From: Pseudomonadota bacterium
GTDB taxonomy: Bacteria; Chloroflexota; UBA6077; JAJPGT01
Assembly (NCBI GenBank): GCA_021325655.1
Contig: JAJPGT010000043.1
Location: 207,959 to 271,958 of the forward strand
Direction: 5' to 3'
DNA: 64,000 nucleotides
Shown: positions 9,577 through 19,150 of the stretch, in pieces
Position numbering within the stretch: the first letter of the stretch is position 1
Layout: each line of letters opens with the position of its first letter
Position numbers and translations under genes: made by a program
The notes under the pieces: generated by a model
What the model was told of the DNA's origin: nothing
Seen by the model: the letters and a program-made list of their open reading frames with translations, nothing else
Databases searched by the model: none

Positions 9577-10554
9577 CTACCGCCGCAGCACCTTGGGGTT
9601 GACGCAATGGACCGGCTGGCCGCCGGTCAGGACCGCGACCACGTTTTCCGCCGCCAGGCGCGCCATCGCCTGGCCGGACTCGCGGGAGATGCCGGCGCAG
9701 TGCGGGGCGAGGATCACGTTGTCCATCCCGCGCAGCGGGCTATCGTCCGGGAGCGGCTCGACCTCGAACACGTCCAGCCCCGCTCCGGCGATCCAGCCCT
9801 CCTGGAGCGCCCGGATCAGCGCCTGCTCATCGATCAGCGGGCCACGCGCGGTGTTCACCAGGTACGCGGTAGGCTTCATCGCCCGCAGCTCCCGCTCCCC
9901 GATGAGGTGGCGCGTCTCCGCGGTGAGCGGGGCGTGCAGGGTGATGAAGTCCGACTCCGCGAGCAGCGTCGCCAGCGGGACGTAGCGGATGCCGTAGCGC
10001 TCGGCGTACGGGAGGTCCTGGACGACGTCATAGGCGAGGACGCGGCACTCGAAGCCGTGGGCGCGGCGGGCGACGTGCTTACCGATCGCTCCGAGTCCAA
10101 CGATGCCCACCACCTTGTCGCGCATGTCCACCGCCTCCGGGCGGACCCAGAGCCCGGCACGAACGGATTGGTCCGCCTCGAACAGCCGGCGGGCGAGCGC
10201 CAGGATCAGGGCCATCGCGAAGTCGGCCACGGTGCGGTCGTTCGCGCCCGGGGTAGTGGTGACCGCCACACCATGCTGCGTGGCAGCGGCAACGTCCACC
10301 GAGTCGTAGCCGACCCCGGTCCGGGAGATCACCCGCAGCTCCGGGGCGCGGGCGAACACCTCCTCCGTGTAGCGCTCGGTGCTGGCGATCACCGCCGGGG
10401 CATCGCCGAGCGCCGCCACCACCTCGTCCACGCTCCAGGTTGGGGACGAGTGGCGGATATCTGGAGTCAGCCCGGCAGCCTTCAGGATCTCCAGCGCGGT
10501 CGGATCGTGCTGCGCCAGGGAGGAGGTAATCAGCACTCGGCGCGGCGCGCTCAT
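9577..10554 (-). CDS. D-isomer-specific 2-hydroxyacid dehydrogenase (phosphoglycerate dehydrogenase-like)
   Basis: NAD fold GIVGLGAIGKHVARRA and the catalytic-domain layout of the family. ATGA overlap with the upstream FAH gene. Confidence 0.85.
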   Translation of the reverse strand: MSAPRRVLITSSLAQHDPTALEILKAAGLTPDIRHSSPTWSVDEVVAALGDAPAVIASTERYTEEVFARAPELRVISRTGVGYDSVDVAAATQHGVAVTTTPGANDRTVADFAMALILALARRLFEADQSVRAGLWVRPEAVDMRDKVVGIVGLGAIGKHVARRAHGFECRVLAYDVVQDLPYAERYGIRYVPLATLLAESDFITLHAPLTAETRHLIGERELRAMKPTAYLVNTARGPLIDEQALIRALQEGWIAGAGLDVFEVEPLPDDSPLRGMDNVILAPHCAGISRESGQAMARLAAENVVAVLTGGQPVHCVNPKVLRR

Positions 10555-11438
10555 TCCGCCGCCACCACCCGGTTACGCAGCACCCCGATGCCCTCGATCT
10601 CTGCCTCGACCATGTCGCCGGGCTGAAGGAACTCTGGTGGAACGCGGGCAACACCCACGCCCGAGGGCGTCCCGGTAAGGATGACGTCGCCGGGCTCGAG
10701 CGTCAGCCCAGCCGCCAGCGTCTCGATGATGGTCGGCACGTCGAAAATCAGCTCGCTGGTGCTGCTGTCCTGCTTGGTGACGCCGTTGACCCGCAGCGTG
10801 ATCCGCAGCGCGTGCGGATTCGGGATCTCGTCGCGGGTGACCAGCCAGGGGCCGAGCGGGCAGAAGGTGTCCAGGCTCTTGCCGCGGAAGAACTGCTGGT
10901 GGGCGAACTGCAGGTCACGGGCGGAGACGTCGTTGGCCACGGTGTAGCCGGCGACGTAGCCGAGCGCATCAGCGGCCTTGACCCGCTTGGCGCGGGCCCC
11001 GATCACTACCGCCAGCTCCACCTCCCAGTCGGCCTTGGTCGTGACGTCATAGGGCACCACGATCTCCGCCTCCGGGCCGATTACGCTGGTCGACGCCTTG
11101 GTGAAGATCACCGGCACCTCCGGGAAGACTACCTGCTCGCCCCTGGCCCGGGCGCTCTCGATGGCGTGCTCGCGGTAGTTCAGCCCCAGCGCCATCACAT
11201 TCTTGGGCGGCCGCGGGACCGGTGCCAGCAGGGTCACCTGGCTCAACGGCACCCCCTGGTCCTGCGCCTGCGCCAGCACCCGGCGCGCCCGCTCCATGCC
11301 AGCATCGCCCTGGGCGAGCAGCTCCAGCATCGTCGCCGGCACCTCGCCATTCGACGCTGCGTGCAGGTCGACGACACGGTCGCCCATAACCGCCCCGACA
11401 CGCTCGACCCCTCCGAGGCGAAACGTCACCAGTCGCAT
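10551..11438 (-). CDS. Fumarylacetoacetate hydrolase family protein
   Basis: FAH C-terminal domain pattern (NYREHA..., VANDVSARDLQ, GTPSGVG). Confidence 0.85.
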   Translation of the reverse strand: MRLVTFRLGGVERVGAVMGDRVVDLHAASNGEVPATMLELLAQGDAGMERARRVLAQAQDQGVPLSQVTLLAPVPRPPKNVMALGLNYREHAIESARARGEQVVFPEVPVIFTKASTSVIGPEAEIVVPYDVTTKADWEVELAVVIGARAKRVKAADALGYVAGYTVANDVSARDLQFAHQQFFRGKSLDTFCPLGPWLVTRDEIPNPHALRITLRVNGVTKQDSSTSELIFDVPTIIETLAAGLTLEPGDVILTGTPSGVGVARVPPEFLQPGDMVEAEIEGIGVLRNRVVAAE

Positions 11439-11507
11439 CTCCGCTCCTTCCCGGCGAAAACGGCGCCACAGCGGCGCCGTCCCTCTGATCTGCCTGACTG
11501 CGGGCCG

Positions 11508-12674
11508 TCAGCCCGCCACGGCGGGCTGCAGCTCGCGCACCCGTTTCACGATGCCCGGCAGCAGCTCGAGCACGGTGTCGACATCCTCGTCAGTGTTGCA
11601 GATTCCGGTGGTCAGCCGCAGACTCCCGGCGGCGAGCGTGTTGGGAAGGCGCAGCGCGCGCAGCACGTGGGACACCTCGAGCGAGCCTGAGGTGCAGGCC
11701 GAGCCACTCGAGGCGCAGATGCCATGCTGGTCCAGATTGAGCAGAATGGACTCCCCGTCCGCCCCCTCGAACACGAAGCTAGCGTTGTTCGGCAGCCGCT
11801 CAGTGGGATGGCCCGTCAGTCGGGCCCGGTCAATGGAGCCAAGGATGCCGTGCACCAGCCGGTCGCGCAGCCGCCGGGCGTGGGCCACACGGGTGTCGAG
11901 CGCCTCGTACGCCAGCCGGAGCGCCCGGGCGAAGCCGACGATGCCAGCTACGTTCTCCGTCCCGGAGCGCAGCCCGCGCTCCTGGCCGCCGCCGTGGAGC
12001 AGCGGGGTGATCGGGGTGCCGCGGCGAACGTAGAGCGCCCCGACGCCCTTCGGACCATAAAACTTGTGCCCGCTCATCGACAGCAGGTCGACGCCCAGTC
12101 GGCCCACATCCAGGTCCAGCGCCCCGGCCGCCTGAACCGCGTCGGTATGGACCAGGACACCGCGGTCGCGGCAGAGCCGGGCGATCTCGGCCACCGGCTG
12201 GATCGTCCCGATCTCGTTATTGGCCAGCATGACGGAGACAAGCGTGGTATCCGGACGGAGCGCCGCAGCGACGGTGGCGGGGTCGACCCGGCCATATTCG
12301 TCGACGTCGAGGTAGGTCACCGCGAAGCCCTGATGCCGCTCCAGCCACTCGAAGGTGTGGAGCACCGCGTGGTGCTCGATCTTCGTGGTTACCAGGTGCT
12401 TGCCGCGGGAGGCCAGCCGGAGCGCCACGCCGCTGATGGCGAGATTATCGCTCTCCGTGCCGCCGCCGGTGAAGACAATCTCGTTCGCCCGGCAGCCGAG
12501 CACTTCGGCGACAGTGTCTCGGGCGTCATCCAGCCCGCGCCGGGCCTCGCGCCCCAGCGCATACACGCTGGAGGGATTACCCCAGTGCTCTCGGTAATAG
12601 GGGAGCATGGCCTCCACCACCTCCGGCAGGACGTAGGTGGTGGCTGCGTGATCCAGGTAGATAAAGCGCTCCAT
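11508..12674 (-). CDS. Cysteine desulfurase (NifS/IscS class V aminotransferase)
   Basis: PLP-lysine motif SGHKFYGPKGVGALY and active-site loop SSGSACTSG. Confidence 0.9.
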   Translation of the reverse strand: MERFIYLDHAATTYVLPEVVEAMLPYYREHWGNPSSVYALGREARRGLDDARDTVAEVLGCRANEIVFTGGGTESDNLAISGVALRLASRGKHLVTTKIEHHAVLHTFEWLERHQGFAVTYLDVDEYGRVDPATVAAALRPDTTLVSVMLANNEIGTIQPVAEIARLCRDRGVLVHTDAVQAAGALDLDVGRLGVDLLSMSGHKFYGPKGVGALYVRRGTPITPLLHGGGQERGLRSGTENVAGIVGFARALRLAYEALDTRVAHARRLRDRLVHGILGSIDRARLTGHPTERLPNNASFVFEGADGESILLNLDQHGICASSGSACTSGSLEVSHVLRALRLPNTLAAGSLRLTTGICNTDEDVDTVLELLPGIVKRVRELQPAVAG

Positions 12675-12881
12675 CGCCGAGCCTCCCTGCCGAGGAGAGG
12701 ACGCTGGATTCTAGGGACGCCGAAAGAAGGGCGTCAAGCAGCACGACTTTGTGACACGGGCAAAGCGTGGCGCGGCCGAGGTTGACAACTGGCCGCTGTT
12801 CGTGTTTGCTCAAGGAGTAGGGCCCTGCGCCTCACCGCTGGGTGCTGGCGTCTCGCACCACTGCTCGCGAAGGAGTCGACC

Positions 12882-13961
12882 ATGAGTGCTCAAGCCCCTG
12901 CTCTTGCGCGTCCATCCCGGTCCTGGGGTGAGTGGAGCTGGCTGAGCAGCCCTGGCTGGGATACCCGCTTCATTCTGGCCTCCGCCGCGCTCATCCCGAT
13001 CCCGCTCCTGCTCTTCCACGGGGCGGGCCTGTCTGTCGCCGCGGTCAATCTTATCGTCGCCGCCCTTGTCGGCGGGCCGCACATGTACTCAACCTACACG
13101 CTCACGTTCCTGGAGCGGCGCTTCTGGCTACGCTACCCGCTGCTGACCCTCGGGGCGCTGGCCGTCCCGGTCGCTGTCGTGGTGCTGGCAGTGGTCGACC
13201 TGACCTTGCTGCTGACGCTGTTCCTCGCCTGGGCCTCGTTCCATGTCTTGCAGCAGGCGGCCTTCCTCAGTGACTCGTACCGAGTTCGGGGGCCGGCAGA
13301 GCCCTCGCGCTGGGCGCGGGTGATCGACTACGCGGTGCTCTTTAGCAGTATGTACCCATTTGCGATCGACAAGCTGATCCACGATCGGTTCATCATCGAG
13401 AACCATGTGCTGCGACTGCCGGCCATTCTGCGGAGCGAGGCGCTGGTGACGCTGGCCTGGCTCGCCTTCGCGGTCGCGCTGGCGCTGTTCACTGCAAAGT
13501 CAATCGTCGAGGCGCGCGAAGGCCGACTGAACTACACCAAGACCGTCCTGATCGCGCTAACCGTCTCGGTCGCGTTTGTGATCCCCTCCTTCCATCAGCT
13601 CGATGTAGCGTTCCAGGGGATCAATGTCTGGCACTCATTTCAGTACCTGGCGATCATCTGGCTGGTCAACAAGCAGCGGAAAGAGCGCGGGCTGATCTCG
13701 AACCGGGCGGTGGCCAAGCTATCCGGGGCGGACAACACCCTGCGGTTCTATGCCACACTGGTGGGGATTACCGCGCTGGGTGGTGTGGTTGTCCTGGCGC
13801 TCGAGCTGCTCACCTCTCTATCCACGGAGCAGTGCTACTACATCGTGGTACTGGGCTGCCTACTGGTCCACTACTACTTCGACACGTTCCTGTTCACTCG
13901 GGCGGGCCTGGTGATCCGCGAGCAGCTCGCGCCGCTGACGGGAGTGTGGGAGTGGCCGTAG
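12882..13961 (+). CDS. Polytopic membrane protein of unknown family with four His-containing motifs
   Basis: AAGGAG RBS then ATG 12882; roughly 8 hydrophobic helices. Motifs GGPHMYSTY, WASFHVLQQ, NVWHSFQYL, LVHYYFD. Sits directly upstream of the SPT-like gene. Confidence 0.7.
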   Translation: MSAQAPALARPSRSWGEWSWLSSPGWDTRFILASAALIPIPLLLFHGAGLSVAAVNLIVAALVGGPHMYSTYTLTFLERRFWLRYPLLTLGALAVPVAVVVLAVVDLTLLLTLFLAWASFHVLQQAAFLSDSYRVRGPAEPSRWARVIDYAVLFSSMYPFAIDKLIHDRFIIENHVLRLPAILRSEALVTLAWLAFAVALALFTAKSIVEAREGRLNYTKTVLIALTVSVAFVIPSFHQLDVAFQGINVWHSFQYLAIIWLVNKQRKERGLISNRAVAKLSGADNTLRFYATLVGITALGGVVVLALELLTSLSTEQCYYIVVLGCLLVHYYFDTFLFTRAGLVIREQLAPLTGVWEWP

Positions 13962-14146
13962 GGATGGACGCTCCTCCTCTCGGTGTTGGGCGCCTGTGGT
14001 CGCGCCTGGAGGCCTGGGCTCGCCTGTTAGTGCTACACTCCAGCCCGATGGGCGGACCTGGGAAGCGGTCTCGGGTATCCGCGCGGCTGACGGGCCTGTC
14101 GAGCCTCGTCTGACCCGCCGATCCATCTGCCGCTGGAGGCCTTCCT

Positions 14147-15342
14147 GTGGACCCGTTTGACAAGGTCAGATCGTTCACTCGGCCGCGCCAGGTCGCCGCG
14201 CTCGGCCTGTACCCCTATTTCATCCCGATCTCGTCGCAGGCTGGGGCCGAGGTCATCGTGAACGGCCGCGCGATGCTCATGTTCGGGTCGAACAACTACC
14301 TCGGCCTGACCCAGGATCCGCGGGTAAAGGAAGCGGCGATCCGGGCGCTGGAGCAGTTCGGCACCTCCTGCACCGGATCGCGCTTCCTGAACGGGACGCT
14401 CGACCTGCACATTGAGCTGGAGCAGCGCCTGGCGACGTGGACCCAGAAGGAGTCGGCGCTTGTCTTCACCACCGGCTACCAGGCAAATCTCGGCGCGGTC
14501 TCGGCGCTGGCCGGTCGGCACGATCTGATTATCGTCGACCGGGCCGACCACGCGAGCATCATCGATGGTGCCCGGCTGAGCTACGCCGAAGTGGCGAAGT
14601 TCAAGCACAACGACCTGGAGCAGCTCGAGCAGATCCTGGCTGAGAACCAGGGTAAGAAGGGGCTGCTGATCGTTGTCGACGGTGTATTCAGCATGGAGGC
14701 GACCTGGCCGACCTGCCCGGGATCGTGGCGCTGAAGAAGAAGTACGGCGCCCGGTTGATCCTGGACGATGCCCACGGGGTGGGGGTGTTCGGCGAGCAGG
14801 GCCGCGGCACCGCGGCGCATTTCGGGCTCCAGGACGAGGTGGACGTCATCATCGGGACGTTCTCGAAGTCCTTCGCCTCCACCGGCGGCTTCGTCGCCGC
14901 GGATGAGCAGGTGATCAGCTACATCAAGCACCACGGGCGCTCGATGGTTTTCAGCGCCGCGATCCCGCCGGCCAGCGCCGGGGCGGCGCTGGCGGCGCTG
15001 GAGATTATCGAGCGCGAGCCGGAGCGTCGGGAACGCCTCTGGCGCAACGTCGAGCGCTGGCGCAACGGGTTGCTCGCGCTCGGATTCGACCTGGGCACGA
15101 GCTGCACCCAGATCGTCCCGATCATCATCGGCGAGGACATGCGGCTGGCCGTGGTCTGGCGCCGGCTGTTCGACGCTGGCCTATTCACCAACCCGGCGGT
15201 CGCTCCGGCGGTGGAGCCCGGGCGGGCGCTGCTGCGCACAAGCTGTATCGCCACGCACACCGACGCGCACATCGACCAGGCCCTGGAGATCATCGCCCAG
15301 GTTGGCGAGAAGACCGGCGTGCTACCGCAGCGAGTCGGGTAG
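14147..15342 (+). pseudogene. Alpha-oxoamine synthase, serine-palmitoyltransferase-like (PLP-dependent acyltransferase), split by an apparent 1-nt deletion near 14698
   Basis: Two abutting ORFs (14147-14734 and 14725-15342) together give a full-length AOS: GSNNYLGL, GTSCTGSRFLNGT, VDGVFSME|GDLADLPGIVALKKKYGARLILDDAH, PLP-lysine GTFSKSFASTGGF. The frame changes inside GAGG(G)C at 14696-14700. Confidence 0.85.
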
Positions 15343-15485
15343 CCGGAGCCAGGCTCCGAGGACCGGCCTCCTCGCGGGTGTACGCTGGCGATGGTCGCTG
15401 CGATGTCCAGGCGCACGGGCCTTCTGCGGCGCCACGGTAGACCCTCCCGGCCTGCTGGTCGGCGTCCCAGGGGGAGCGTCGTGAG

Positions 15486-16655
15486 ATGAGTCGCTCGCGA
15501 CGGGTGCTGATCGCCATGTCCGAAGCCGGCGGGGGCCACCGCGCCGTCTCGGGGGCGCTCGCCCGCGCCCTTGAGCAGCACCACCAGGCGGAGGTTCGGA
15601 TCGCCGACCTGATCGCGCTGGACCCGCGGAGCTGGCAGCACCGCATGGTCCGCCTCTACCCCTGGATCATCCGCCACGCGCCACTGCTCAACGGCCTGGC
15701 CTACCACACCACCAACCGCCGGCGGGTCTACGGCGCGCTCGCCAGCCGAGCCAAGGAGCGGCTGGTGCCGCGGATCGCTCGGGAGCTGCAAGCCTGGGAG
15801 CCGGCGGTCGTGGTGACGACACACCCGTTCTGCAATCGGGTCGTGCTCGACGCACTCGACGCGGTCGGACTGTCGATCCCGGTCGTTGCCGCGGTGACCG
15901 AGCTGGTTTCGGTACACGTGAGCTGGATCGATCCGCGCCTCAGCCGCTACACGGCGGCGACCGAGGAGGCGCGCCTGGCGGTGCTGCGGCACGGGGCGCC
16001 CCCGGAGCGGGTGACACTGACTGGCCTGCCGGTGAACGCCGCGTTCGGGCGGGTGGCGCGCCCACCGGCCGAGATTCGCCGCGAGCTGGGGCTCGATCCG
16101 GACCGGTTCACAGCGCTGCTGGTCGGTGGAGGCGAGGGTGCCGGCCGCCTGGCAGCCCAGGTGTGCGCCCTGGACGGTAGCCCGCTGAACCTCCAGCTTA
16201 TCGTGGTCTGCGGCCGTAACGCCCGGTTACGCGCCCGGCTGCTCCGCGCCCCGCCCCGCCATCCGGCGGCCATCCTCGGCTTCGTAGACACCATGCCACA
16301 ACTGGTGCACGCCGCGGATATCGTGGTGACCAAGGGCGGCCCGACGACGATCGCGGAAGCGCTGGTCTCCGCGCGCCCGGTGCTCGTCACCTCGGTGCTG
16401 CCTGGCCAGGAGGAGGGGAACGACACGTTCGTCGAGCGCCATGGCGCCGGGTACAGGGTGGGCTCGCTGTCCGCGCTGGTCCGGGCGGTGGCCCGCCTGG
16501 TAGAGGACGAACCCCAGCGCCAGGTCATGGCAGAGCGGGCGGCGCGCCTGCTGCGGCGGGACGCGGCGGAGGCGGTGGCCGACACCGTCGTCGCCGAGGC
16601 GGACCGCCTCGGTCGCTGGGAGGCGGCTGCCGGCGCGGCCCCGCAGCGGTCCTGA
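15486..16655 (+). CDS. GT28-type glycolipid synthase (MGDG synthase/UgtP-like glycosyltransferase)
   Basis: N-terminal RRVLIAMSEAGGGHRAVSGALARAL (MGDG_synth-like) and C-terminal VTKGGPTTIAEAL...PGQEEGNDTFV (Glyco_tran_28_C-like). Confidence 0.85.
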   Translation: MSRSRRVLIAMSEAGGGHRAVSGALARALEQHHQAEVRIADLIALDPRSWQHRMVRLYPWIIRHAPLLNGLAYHTTNRRRVYGALASRAKERLVPRIARELQAWEPAVVVTTHPFCNRVVLDALDAVGLSIPVVAAVTELVSVHVSWIDPRLSRYTAATEEARLAVLRHGAPPERVTLTGLPVNAAFGRVARPPAEIRRELGLDPDRFTALLVGGGEGAGRLAAQVCALDGSPLNLQLIVVCGRNARLRARLLRAPPRHPAAILGFVDTMPQLVHAADIVVTKGGPTTIAEALVSARPVLVTSVLPGQEEGNDTFVERHGAGYRVGSLSALVRAVARLVEDEPQRQVMAERAARLLRRDAAEAVADTVVAEADRLGRWEAAAGAAPQRS

Positions 16656-16658
16656 GCG

Positions 16659-17642
16659 ATGGCCGGCCAGCCGCAGCGGGTCCTGGTCACCGGCGCCACC
16701 GGCTTCATCGGCGGGCACCTGGCCGAGGCGCTCCAGCGCCGTGGCGCTGAGGTGCGAGTGCTCGCGCGCGACCCGCGCCGCTTGCAAGCCCGGTTCGGGG
16801 AGGTCGTCCGCGGCGACCTGGCGGACCCGGCAGCGCTCACGGCTGCTGTGCAAGGCGTCGACGTCGTTTACCACGTTGCGGGGCTGACCAAGGCGCGGCG
16901 CGAGTCGGACTACTTCGCGGTCAACCACGTGGGCACGGTGCACCTGCTGGACGCCTGCCGCCGCTCCAACAGCGCGCTGCGGCGCTTCGTCCTGGTCAGC
17001 AGCCAGGCGGCGGCAGGACCGAGCTGCGAGGGGCGGCCGGTCCGCGAGTCGGACCCGCCCCACCCGGTGAGCGCCTACGGGCTGAGCAAGCTCAAAGCAG
17101 AGCAGGCCGCGCTCGCCTGCTCCGGGCTGTTCCCGGTCACGATCGTCCGTCCGCCGGTGGTCTACGGCCCGCGCGACCGCGACACGCTGCTGTTCTTCCG
17201 GGTGGCGCGCTACGGTCTGGTACCGCGGCTGGCGGTGATCCGCGCCCTGAGCATCGTCCACGTCGCCGACCTGGTGCGGGGCATTCGGCGCGCAGCGGAG
17301 ACGCCGGCCGCCGCCAACCGGGTCTACTTCCTGGCCAACGAGCAGCCGGTAAGCCTGCCGGAGCTGGCCGAGCCGATCGCCCGGGCGCTCGGGGCCCGGC
17401 CGATCCCGGTGCCGGTGCCGGTCACGTCCCTGTTCGCCGTCGCCGCACTGGCGGAGCTGCTCGCCCGCCTGACGGGCCGGATCACCCCGATCACCCGCAA
17501 CAAGGTCCGCGAAGCGACCCAGCGCGAATGGGTGTGCGATCCCTCGCGTGCGGCGCGGGAGCTCGGCTGGCGGGCGGAGATTCCACTGCTGGACGGACTG
17601 CGCGAGACGGCGGCGTGGTATCGTCAGGCGGGGTGGCTCTAA
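16659..17642 (+). CDS. NAD(P)-dependent epimerase/dehydratase-family (extended SDR) oxidoreductase
   Basis: VLVTGATGFIGGHL Rossmann motif and YGLSK catalytic YxxxK. It starts 3 nt after the GT28 gene, and its TAA overlaps the next ATG (TAATG). Confidence 0.88.
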   Translation: MAGQPQRVLVTGATGFIGGHLAEALQRRGAEVRVLARDPRRLQARFGEVVRGDLADPAALTAAVQGVDVVYHVAGLTKARRESDYFAVNHVGTVHLLDACRRSNSALRRFVLVSSQAAAGPSCEGRPVRESDPPHPVSAYGLSKLKAEQAALACSGLFPVTIVRPPVVYGPRDRDTLLFFRVARYGLVPRLAVIRALSIVHVADLVRGIRRAAETPAAANRVYFLANEQPVSLPELAEPIARALGARPIPVPVPVTSLFAVAALAELLARLTGRITPITRNKVREATQREWVCDPSRAARELGWRAEIPLLDGLRETAAWYRQAGWL

Positions 17643-19135
17643 TGCCAGGCGGGCTGCTGGCGGACCTGCGGGCGCTGCTCGGCGCCGATCGGGTGGTGGA
17701 GGCCGAGAACGATCGCCGCACCTACGCCTACGACGCTTCCTTTCTCTCGCACCTGCGCACCTGTGTCCCGGACGCCGTGGTGGTCGCCCGCGAGCCGGAC
17801 GACGTGGTCAAGACGCTCCGCTACGCTCAGGAGCACGAGATCCCGGTCGTGCCGCGCGGAGCCGCCAGCGGCCAGGCGGGCGGCACCATCCCGACCCGCG
17901 GCGGGATCGTCCTGGCGCTGAACCGGATGAACCGGGTGCTGGAGATCGACGCTGCCAACCTGCAGGCGATCGTCGAGCCCGGCGTCATCCACGCCCGCTT
18001 GAACCAGGCGCTGGCGCCCCACGGTCTGATCTTTCCTCCGGATCCGGGCAGCAGCCGGATGTGTACCGTCGGCGGGATGGCAGCGACGAACGCGCACGGG
18101 ATGCGCGCAGTCAAGTATGGCCCCACCGCGGACTGGGTGCTCGGGCTGGATGTGGTGCTGGCCGGGGGGCGAAGGCTCACCACGGGCTGCGCCAGCTCCC
18201 GCGCCCGCCAGACCTCCTCTGGCCTGGAGCTGACCAAGCTCTTCGTCGGGTCCGAGGGCTCGCTCGGGGTCATCACTCGACTGCGGCTGAAGCTGCTCCC
18301 GACTCCGGCTGCCCGAGCAGCGGTGCTGGCGCTGTTCGATCGCCTCGAAGCGGCCGGGCGGGCGGTGAGCGCGGTGTTCCGAGCCGGGATCCTCCCCGCC
18401 GCCGCCGAGATCCTGGACCGCGGCGCGATCCGGGCGGTGAACCTGTACCGGCCGCGACTCGGCCTGCCAGACTGCGAGGCGATGCTGCTGTTCGAGGTGG
18501 ACGGCAACCCGCCGGGGGTCGAGTTCGACGCGCGCCGGATCGTCGAGGCTGTCTCCGACCTGGCGGTCCAGGCCGACTGGTCCACGGACCCCAAGCGCAT
18601 CGCCGCGCTCTGGGAGGGGCGGAGCGTGGTCGGGGCCGCCGCGGCCATGGTGCGCCCGGGCGGCTTTCGGGCGTTCTGTGGCGAAGACCTCTGCGTCCCG
18701 CTGGACCGCGTCCCCGAGGCGCTGGCAGAGATTCGCGCCATCGGCGCCCGCCACGGCATCCCGGTGGTCACCTACGGCCACATCGGCGGCGGTGGGCTGC
18801 ACCCGGGCCATCTGATCGATCCGTTGAGCCCGGCCGACGTCGCCGCAGTGCAGGCGGTGGCGGACGAGATCCATCGGCTGGCGATCCGGCTCGGTGGGAC
18901 TACCACCGGCGAGCACGGCGTCGGCCTGGCGCGCGCCCCCTACATGGCCCAGGAGCACGGCGAAGCGCTGGAGGTGATGCGGCAGATCAAGGCGGCGCTG
19001 GACCCGAAGGGCATCATGAACCCCGGCAAGGTGATCCCGCTGCCAGACGAGCCAGCGCTGGACGCTCTCGACCTGGCAGCGGCGCCAGCCGACGAGCGCC
19101 CGGCTCTTGGCGCCGCCTACGAAGACCTCGGCTGA
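17642..19135 (+). CDS. FAD-linked oxidase (GlcD / alkyl-DHAP-synthase-like fold)
   Basis: FAD_binding_4 pattern (VVVAREPDDVVKTLRYAQEHEIPVVPRGAASGQAGG) with an FAD-oxidase C-domain. Start at ATG 17642; the earlier part of the tracked ORF overlaps the SDR gene. Confidence 0.85.
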   Translation: MPGGLLADLRALLGADRVVEAENDRRTYAYDASFLSHLRTCVPDAVVVAREPDDVVKTLRYAQEHEIPVVPRGAASGQAGGTIPTRGGIVLALNRMNRVLEIDAANLQAIVEPGVIHARLNQALAPHGLIFPPDPGSSRMCTVGGMAATNAHGMRAVKYGPTADWVLGLDVVLAGGRRLTTGCASSRARQTSSGLELTKLFVGSEGSLGVITRLRLKLLPTPAARAAVLALFDRLEAAGRAVSAVFRAGILPAAAEILDRGAIRAVNLYRPRLGLPDCEAMLLFEVDGNPPGVEFDARRIVEAVSDLAVQADWSTDPKRIAALWEGRSVVGAAAAMVRPGGFRAFCGEDLCVPLDRVPEALAEIRAIGARHGIPVVTYGHIGGGGLHPGHLIDPLSPADVAAVQAVADEIHRLAIRLGGTTTGEHGVGLARAPYMAQEHGEALEVMRQIKAALDPKGIMNPGKVIPLPDEPALDALDLAAAPADERPALGAAYEDLG

Positions 19136-19150
19136 CGGCCGGGCCGGGCG

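Noticed and set aside
14919-17261. Series of long minus-strand ORFs (14919-15992, 15947-16840, 16227-17261)
   Set aside because: They are antisense to the AOS, GT28 and SDR genes, which carry clear motifs. Arg-rich composition.
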